DNA from: a virus | Direction: 5' to 3' (one strand) | IMG/VR virus record: IMGVR_UViG_3300033571_022960 | Coordinates: 69,436 to 133,435 of that record | Length of the DNA: 64,000 bases | Shown here: positions 57,792 through 64,000 of the stretch, piece by piece | Numbering within the stretch: the first letter of the stretch is position 1 | Layout of the letters: every line of letters starts with the position of its first letter | Notes under the pieces: model-generated | Seen by the model: the letters and a program-made list of their open reading frames with translations, nothing else | What the model was told of the DNA's origin: nothing | Database searches by the model: none | Made by a program: the position numbers and the translations under genes

Positions 57792-58346
57792 TTAACAAAT
57801 CCTTTTATCAGTTATACAAAAAACTGGGGAACAATGTTTTAATCTGCACCATCTTAAAAGATTAAAAGTTTTTGGACAAACTAATTGACCAACACCTTCA
57901 CCACCGTAAGAAATTGTATGATAATAAATTCTACCCCAATGATAAACCAAAATTAAATTACCTAACCATTCTTTTTTTTCTAATTTATGGTAAGGTACTT
58001 GTTTACCCAACTGATAATTTGATGATAAAGAATTACCTTTCTGTTCAAAATTTTCCATTTTTCTGAACTTTTTTCCTGAATATTCCCAATGATGTTTAAC
58101 ATCACGAAAATATTCATTCATTAAACGAGAAAAATCTTGTTTTTTAAGTTCCCTTTTTTCCCATTTAACAAATTCATCATATTCAATCAAATCAACCTTT
58201 GTTTGTAGGGATGATATATAAATAACACTAATGGTTACAAGATTAAATTGAGTAATTTCTTTACCCCTAATTAAATAAGTTACAATAAAACTTTTCCCAA
58301 AAAATACACTAAATATTTCTTGTAAAATTTTTTCTATTTTTTTCAT
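57792..58346 (-). CDS. Hypothetical protein
   Basis: 184 aa; TATTTTTG box 4 nt upstream. Confidence 0.7.
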   Translation of the reverse strand: MKKIEKILQEIFSVFFGKSFIVTYLIRGKEITQFNLVTISVIYISSLQTKVDLIEYDEFVKWEKRELKKQDFSRLMNEYFRDVKHHWEYSGKKFRKMENFEQKGNSLSSNYQLGKQVPYHKLEKKEWLGNLILVYHWGRIYYHTISYGGEGVGQLVCPKTFNLLRWCRLKHCSPVFCITDKRIC

Positions 58347-58377
58347 AAATCAAAAATACAAAAAATTTTGGTAAATA

Positions 58378-59205
58378 TTAATGCAAATTAAAAACCTTTA
58401 TCTTTTCTCTTTTATCGGAGTATCTTGAATTTGTGGTAAAAATCATTTCAAAATGTTTTTCCAAATCATCATAACCATTTGAAAAAATTCCATGACTTAT
58501 TGCAAGATACAATTTACCATTAAATCCATTTTTTCTTAATTGTTCTGCAATATTAATAAACGTTTTGCCACCAAGACAAATATCGTCAACCAAGAGTAAA
58601 TCACAATCTTTTACAGGTGGAATTACTGTTACTATATTTCTTGTTTGTTCATCACGATACTTTGATGCAGAAACCACAGGAATAAATCCCAAATTTTCTG
58701 ATAGTTTGAAAATCTTTTTAAAAGAACCTGCATCACTTGATAATAATTTCAAATCTTTTCTTCCTATTATATTTACAACCCATTCAATAAAAGATTTATT
58801 ATCAATTCTTACACATTTATTTAATAATGCAGGTGCAACATCTGAATGTGAATCAAAAACAAAAAACTTTTTAACTTCCAAAGTGTTTAGTATTTTTGTT
58901 ATAGTTTTTAAGGAAAAACATTCACCCACACCAAAATCCCTATCTGCTTGTTGATAAGGAAAATATCTAATCATTACCTCAATTTTAACATCAAAATCCT
59001 TATTAATGGTATCAACCATCAACATCAACAATAAAAGGTCATCAGAACCCTTAAAATACCAATCTATCAGTATTATAGAATTGGGGTTACAAACAGATAA
59101 CTTTTCAATAACCGAATCATTTAATTTTAAATGTATTTCACCACCTGGAAAAATCCATGCATTATATTGATTGGTCTGCCTAACACCGTTAAGATTTATT
59201 ATCAT
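58378..59205 (-). CDS. prs: Ribose-phosphate pyrophosphokinase-like protein (Prs/Adps-like)
   Basis: FPGGEIH, YFPYQQADR, DSHS, SDAG, VDDICLGGKTF, SHGIFS. Confidence 0.85.
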   Translation of the reverse strand: MIINLNGVRQTNQYNAWIFPGGEIHLKLNDSVIEKLSVCNPNSIILIDWYFKGSDDLLLLMLMVDTINKDFDVKIEVMIRYFPYQQADRDFGVGECFSLKTITKILNTLEVKKFFVFDSHSDVAPALLNKCVRIDNKSFIEWVVNIIGRKDLKLLSSDAGSFKKIFKLSENLGFIPVVSASKYRDEQTRNIVTVIPPVKDCDLLLVDDICLGGKTFINIAEQLRKNGFNGKLYLAISHGIFSNGYDDLEKHFEMIFTTNSRYSDKREKIKVFNLH

Positions 59206-59420
59206 ATTAATTTTTTTAAATTTTCTAACTCTTCATTTGTTAATCTTTCCAAAGGAATTCTATTTGTTGCACCTAATGTTTTTAGATTTAAAACAACTCC
59301 ATAAGGAATAATAATATTATGTGAAACTATTAACCATTTAACTTTTCCTATTTCAATTACTTTTTCATAGGAATTTGTTATTTTTGGAATAATTTCTTCA
59401 ATTAATTCTGTTTTTGACAT
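59202..59420 (-). CDS. Hypothetical protein
   Basis: 72 aa between the nampt-like and prs-like genes. Confidence 0.6.
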   Translation of the reverse strand: MSKTELIEEIIPKITNSYEKVIEIGKVKWLIVSHNIIIPYGVVLNLKTLGATNRIPLERLTNEELENLKKLI

Positions 59421-60850
59421 AAACTATTTTTTACTCTTTCACGAATTTCATTAAATGAATATTCTTTAACAATTTTACCATTATAATAAACAGTTTCAAG
59501 CAAACCACCCCTTTCTTCTTCCCATGATACTTGGTCTTTTGTTATAAATTGATTATTTTCGTAATCCAATCTCATTAACCCCTTTAACGATTTTTTACCA
59601 GTATCAGTAATTGGGTCTTTCATAATTTCTATTGGTTGACCATTTACTTCAACATAAGTTGCCTTTAATGCGAAACCTAAAGTATCTCTTGAATGATTAC
59701 GCATAATACCACCAACCCCAATAACCAAATTTTCTGGTGAATATCCCATTTCAATTAATTTATTTAATGTTCTTTCATATCTTTCATAATACTGACCATC
59801 ACCATAAATTAAACCAACTTTATCATTTAAAACCTTTAAACCTTGTTTATTTATTGTATGACCAAAAACTTCATCCAACAATCTTATTGCACCCTTCCAT
59901 TCCAAAGAATCTTCTTCTGATTCAGGATTACCGCAAATTATATATTCAGGATTACCAGAATCAGGTCTAAAAACTACCTTACCTTCTCTTGATAAAATTT
60001 GTGGTTTTAATTTTGTTGCAAATTCTGTTAACACTTTATATACATTATATGTATCTGAAACTATTGACACAATACCATCAGGATAAAGTTTTAACATATT
60101 TTCAAAGGCAGCTAATTCATCTTCACGACCAAAACTACACATAACAGAATGTTCTGATGCAGGAACAGATTTCATTATATTATCATCTAAAGAACCATTA
60201 TAATAATCTAATATAAAAGGAATAGATGATACAGTATCACTACCATAAGAACTTAATAAAAATGCACTTCCAGAAATTGCAGCAGATTCTTCACTTGAAT
60301 CACTTCTATACCCAAAATCATGTACTGTATAATCTTTTTTCCAATGATTTTCTAAATCAACTAATTTAAACTTTTCTTCAACTAATTTTCTATATTTATA
60401 AACACAAGATGCAACTGTTGTTGGAAACCAAACTTTTAAAATTAAAGATTCAAAAAAACCTGGCAACCAATGAAAATCATCATGTGTTGATACTATTGTT
60501 TGTAATACTTGTTTAGTTGGTATTATTGTACCTTCTGGTACAGATTTTATATGTAAAGGAAAATAACCTAATTTTAATAAATCCATTAATTGTTTTCTAC
60601 TGTTATTTCCTTCTGAACCTAAGATATGTTTTTTATATCTAAGATGTTCATCAACGTTACTTTCAGTAATAAAACGAGAAAGATATTTTTTTAAAATACC
60701 TTGTTGACCATAATAAAGAACATCCTTAAAATGTTTATCTGAACGTGCAACCAAATGGTTATATACTTTATTACAACCAGGAACATATTGTTCCATGTGA
60801 CCCATTTTGTAAACATCAAGACCTAAAAGTGGATTTTTTTCTACTGACAT
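59402..60850 (-). CDS. nadV: Nicotinamide phosphoribosyltransferase-like protein (NadV/Namat-like; start corrected to ATG60850)
   Basis: LDVYKMGH, HDFGYR, VPASEHSV, VSDTY, VFRPDSG, IYGDG, GFALKAT. Confidence 0.9.
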   Translation of the reverse strand: MSVEKNPLLGLDVYKMGHMEQYVPGCNKVYNHLVARSDKHFKDVLYYGQQGILKKYLSRFITESNVDEHLRYKKHILGSEGNNSRKQLMDLLKLGYFPLHIKSVPEGTIIPTKQVLQTIVSTHDDFHWLPGFFESLILKVWFPTTVASCVYKYRKLVEEKFKLVDLENHWKKDYTVHDFGYRSDSSEESAAISGSAFLLSSYGSDTVSSIPFILDYYNGSLDDNIMKSVPASEHSVMCSFGREDELAAFENMLKLYPDGIVSIVSDTYNVYKVLTEFATKLKPQILSREGKVVFRPDSGNPEYIICGNPESEEDSLEWKGAIRLLDEVFGHTINKQGLKVLNDKVGLIYGDGQYYERYERTLNKLIEMGYSPENLVIGVGGIMRNHSRDTLGFALKATYVEVNGQPIEIMKDPITDTGKKSLKGLMRLDYENNQFITKDQVSWEEERGGLLETVYYNGKIVKEYSFNEIRERVKNSLCQKQN

Positions 60851-60854
60851 AATA

Positions 60855-61316
60855 TTAAAATTTAATTTTTGATTGTTTTTTATTAAAAATATTTTTTTCA
60901 ATTATTGATGAGCATTCAGGACCAATTCCATTTTCCAAACTTTCAGGATGTGTTAACTTTCTTCCACATCTTCCACAACGACCTTCGTGCATGAATTCCA
61001 ATTTAAGATTCTCAATATTATTCAACAAATACATAAAACCCAAAACAGAAGGTGAATTAGAACTTATTTTTGTTTTATTAGATTTTCCATGATAATATTC
61101 ACTATTTTTAACATAACCAATATAACTATAATCAGTTTCGTTATCTGTTCCTGTAAGTACTTTAACAAAGAAAATATCTTCTTTTTCTTTGTTTTTATTT
61201 GGATTATATACTTTATAAGTAAAATGTTTATTTGTGTTGGGATTCTTTAAAGTAAAAGTGGAATTCCCTGCGAATATAAAATTCTTAATATCAGATGGAT
61301 TGGTTATTTTATTCAT
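60855..61316 (-). CDS. Protein with C-terminal Zn ribbon (DUF6011-like; start corrected to ATG61316)
   Basis: GRCGRCGRKLTHPESLENGIGPEC. Confidence 0.75.
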   Translation of the reverse strand: MNKITNPSDIKNFIFAGNSTFTLKNPNTNKHFTYKVYNPNKNKEKEDIFFVKVLTGTDNETDYSYIGYVKNSEYYHGKSNKTKISSNSPSVLGFMYLLNNIENLKLEFMHEGRCGRCGRKLTHPESLENGIGPECSSIIEKNIFNKKQSKIKF

Positions 61317-61376
61317 TATCACTTTTGTTTCCACAAATTTACCAAAAAAATCAATATCAGATTGGGCAGAATTCAT

Positions 61377-61610
61377 TTATAACCATGCACGTTTTTTAGG
61401 TTGTGGTTTAAATTTCTTTGGTGTAAAATTTATTTGTTTGGTTTTTTGTTCATCCAAATTATTTTCTTTAAATTTAATTTTTGTTGATGAAAATTTATTT
61501 ATATCCTTATCAGTTAACTCTTGACCTTCTTTAAAGGAAAAACAACCACTTCTGAATATCTTACCATCAGAAATAAAATAACAACCCAAATCATCAATTA
61601 AAACTTTCAT
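61377..61610 (-). CDS. Hypothetical protein
   Basis: 77-aa ORF. Confidence 0.6.
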   Translation of the reverse strand: MKVLIDDLGCYFISDGKIFRSGCFSFKEGQELTDKDINKFSSTKIKFKENNLDEQKTKQINFTPKKFKPQPKKRAWL

Positions 61611-61617
61611 AGTGAAG

Positions 61618-61944
61618 TTATTTTGATAATTTTAATTTTAAAACATGGTGATGAGTTTGTCTATAACAAATTATTACCAATTTTGTTTGTGGGTTGAGAT
61701 TCAAATCTTTGGTAATTTTTAACCAATTTTCACTATTAAATTCATATTCAGGAATTTCTTTTTGTTCCCTATCTTTATAGTCTTTGGTTTTTCTTTCTTC
61801 ACAATATTCATTATATTTACCAACCCAATCCTTAATATTTTTTATAATAAAATTATTGGTGATACCTTCCTTTAAACGATAAGTGGTAATTGAATAATCT
61901 GCATGATAATAAAATTCTGATTTATTTGTATTTCGTTTCATCAT
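61618..61944 (-). CDS. Hypothetical protein
   Basis: 108-aa ORF. Confidence 0.65.
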   Translation of the reverse strand: MMKRNTNKSEFYYHADYSITTYRLKEGITNNFIIKNIKDWVGKYNEYCEERKTKDYKDREQKEIPEYEFNSENWLKITKDLNLNPQTKLVIICYRQTHHHVLKLKLSK

Positions 61945-61950
61945 AAACTT

Positions 61951-62130
61951 TTATGTTAAATCACAAACATTTATATATTTTCTTCCTGTTGAATACAATT
62001 TTACATTAGGAACTGCCTCACGATAGGTAAAAGTTAGGGAATGTTTTATACCAAAAATAAGTAGGTATTCATCTTCTCTATCATCACAATAAGTAATTTT
62101 AATTTCATAGGTTTTTTGTTTACAATCCAT
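61951..62130 (-). CDS. Hypothetical 59-aa protein (possibly a frameshifted lipoprotein)
   Basis: MDCKQKTYEIKITY...; signal-like MKILLFCF lies one base out of frame upstream. Confidence 0.45.
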   Translation of the reverse strand: MDCKQKTYEIKITYCDDREDEYLLIFGIKHSLTFTYREAVPNVKLYSTGRKYINVCDLT

Positions 62131-62168
62131 ACAACCAATAAAAACAAAATAAAAGTATCTTCATAACT

Positions 62169-62474
62169 TTATAAATTGAAGTACAAATATAGTGATAAAA
62201 AAATGATATTTACTATGCAAGAAAATAAATAACCCACCCACCCAAATTTTTCTTTAAATGGTATTAAATTAAAAATTATTAATATAATGATTTGATAATT
62301 AATATTTAAAAATAGACAAATCCATGATAATACTGCAAAAAAAGAATATTTTGTTTCTTCAATTGAATAGTTCTTTTTTATTTGTTTTAGACCAATATAA
62401 ATATTAAAATAATATTTAATATTTGATAAAATTATTATTTGGTGTAAAATAGTATATATTAATAAAAATTTCAT
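62169..62474 (-). CDS. Membrane protein
   Basis: Several hydrophobic segments. Confidence 0.6.
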   Translation of the reverse strand: MKFLLIYTILHQIIILSNIKYYFNIYIGLKQIKKNYSIEETKYSFFAVLSWICLFLNINYQIIILIIFNLIPFKEKFGWVGYLFSCIVNIIFLSLYLYFNL

Positions 62475-62483
62475 TTCATTTTT

Positions 62484-62569
62484 GTTTACAAATTTCGTAA
62501 TAGTTAGTTTCTTTCATATTGAAAATCAATTAGTTATGGGTAGTTAGATATATACGATAGTTAGCAGTA
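62484..62569 (-). repeat. Degenerate attC-like site 3
   Basis: TACTGCTAAC-TAT-CGTATA directly after the stop of 62573-62830; partner arm decayed. Confidence 0.4.
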
Positions 62570-62572
62570 ATA

Positions 62573-62830
62573 TCATTTTTGTTCGTGAGCAACCCATCCA
62601 TTTTGTTTTAACTCAGTTGTATATTCGTGAATTATTTTATACTGTTCATATTGTTCATCTGTACAATGATATGAATTGAATTTTTGCAAAAACATTTCAT
62701 ACACTATCATTTCAACAATTTTAGGTGTTCCACTATATGCTTCCATAAGTGCTTTGTAATTTTTTTCCTGACCAAATGTTTTTGCAAAAAACAAAATGGC
62801 GTTTTCTACTTGTTCTTTACTTGCTTTCAT
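62573..62830 (-). CDS. Cassette-like hypothetical protein (start corrected to ATG62830)
   Basis: MKASKEQVENAIL...; bounded by GTTAGCAGTA and its complement TACTGCTAAC. Confidence 0.7.
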   Translation of the reverse strand: MKASKEQVENAILFFAKTFGQEKNYKALMEAYSGTPKIVEMIVYEMFLQKFNSYHCTDEQYEQYKIIHEYTTELKQNGWVAHEQK

Positions 62831-62867
62831 ATTTTTAAATTTATCGTTAAACAAAAATGATACATAC

Positions 62868-62922
62868 TGCTAACAGCGTATAAAAAACATTAAAACGATT
62901 TTTTATACGCAAAACGTTATAA
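62868..62922 (-). mobile_element. attC-like recombination site 2
   Basis: TTATAAC-N5-GCGTATAAAAAA-N11-TTTTTTATACGC-T-GTTAGCA. Confidence 0.6.
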
Positions 62923-62932
62923 AACATAAAAA

Positions 62933-63532
62933 TTATTCTGCTTTATCCCTTAATTTATGTTCACCGTTTCTAATTTTCTCCTTATATAATTCAAATTTGT
63001 TTTTGTCTGATGTTACTAAAAAAGGTTTATCATTTAATCTATCTTCTTCACATCTGTAAATGTAATATGTGGTTTGTTCCACAAAAACATTTGAGTAGTG
63101 CTAATATCCAACTTTATTTCCATAACAAATATAATCAATGTGATTCTCAACATATCCAGCAACAATAAAACTATTTCTTTTTTCTATAATCTTATAGATG
63201 TGAGTGAATCTATCTTTTAATATTGGTATTAGTTCATTCAATATCGAATCTTTTTCATCTTGATTTAACAAATTAAAATCCTTGTTTAATTCAAAGGTTC
63301 GTCTTAAATTAATTTTACGTAGTCCACATTGATGTCCATTTCCTTTATATTTATAAATTGGTGAATCAACCTTTAATTCATTCAATCCAATTTCATTTGG
63401 TAAAATATAACAATCAAATGGTTTATTGTGTTCTGTAATTTCAGAAACAGCGTTTGATTTTAAAATTTCACTAATACCATCACCTAAGTTAGCGATAGTT
63501 TCCATCTTGTCATTTAATAATTCTTTAAACAT
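62933..63532 (-). pseudogene. Cassette-like gene interrupted by an in-frame TAG (143 aa + 55 further open codons)
   Basis: Track ORF 63101-63532 ends at TAG; the same frame stays open to TAA 62933, 10 nt before attC-like site 2. Confidence 0.55.
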
Positions 63533-63577
63533 AGTTTTATTTTTAATTTATGATTATTTTTGTTAAACCGCACCTAC

Positions 63578-63672
63578 ACATAACAAGGTGTATAAGAAAG
63601 TTTGCTATCATCAGTTGTAGTTAATTTGAAAGTTCATCTAAGCAAACCTTCTCATACACCCAACCGTTATAC
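63578..63672 (-). mobile_element. attC-like recombination site 1
   Basis: GTATAAC-N5-GGTGTATGAGAAGGTTTGCT-N34-AGCAAACTTTCTTATACACC-TT-GTTATGT. Confidence 0.65.
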
Positions 63673-63681
63673 ACAATAATA

Positions 63682-63942
63682 TCACCCAAGTAAATAATTA
63701 TCAACTATCCTTTCAACCCCAACAGATGTATATCCAAGTTTCTTATTATCATTCAACCAATTCATAAAATCAAGTAAATCTTGTTTATTTTCAACACCCT
63801 TTAACACCGCTTTAGCACATTCTTCATTGAAAATATCCGTTAAAGCACCAACAGCATCTAATTTACCATCAACCATATTACTGTGTATAACACCAAATAT
63901 ATCCAATTTTGGGGGTTCATTTAACTTTTGTTCTTCTTCCAT
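63682..63942 (-). CDS. Cassette-like hypothetical protein
   Basis: 86 aa; stop lies 9 nt before attC-like site 1. Confidence 0.7.
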   Translation of the reverse strand: MEEEQKLNEPPKLDIFGVIHSNMVDGKLDAVGALTDIFNEECAKAVLKGVENKQDLLDFMNWLNDNKKLGYTSVGVERIVDNYLLG

Positions 63943-64000
63943 AATTTATCTTGTATTTTAAGGTTTGTAATTCTAATTCCAAAACTGTATATATTTGCAA

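Overview
This is a strongly AT-rich segment of a large myovirus-like (T4-superfamily) phage genome in the standard genetic code. The host is most likely a Bacteroidota species, because TAnnTTTG -7 promoter boxes are common and Shine-Dalgarno motifs are not evident. Positions 1-44.3 kb mix dispersed structural or late genes with metabolic and translation-related genes. The structural group includes tail tube, major capsid, scaffold, prohead protease, a neck-like protein, a tail-fibre-like protein, an amidase and candidate head-packaged proteins, most preceded by an ATATTTAT motif. The metabolic group includes dNMP kinase, GMP reductase, a truncated ArgRS-like protein, YqeY, CYTH, two M28-like peptidases, a Mom-like acetyltransferase, a glycosyltransferase and a metallophosphoesterase. 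Positions 44.3-64 kb are a minus-strand early/accessory region with many host-type promoters, several kb of structured non-coding DNA, a small tRNA operon, an HD hydrolase and a Prs-like + Nampt-like NAD pair. The most unusual observations are five: (i) two tRNA-Glu-derived RNAs sharing a two-hairpin D-loop insertion and a shortened anticodon arm; (ii) attC-like palindromes delimiting single-gene cassettes at 62.5-63.9 kb; (iii) a 15-member small-protein family with a constant N-terminus and variable remainder; (iv) shuffled 'E-x-LNLKSRA' modules in late proteins; (v) a fixed 4-nt promoter-to-ATG spacing that implies leaderless mRNAs. All product calls come from motif recognition by eye; no database search or folding program was run.
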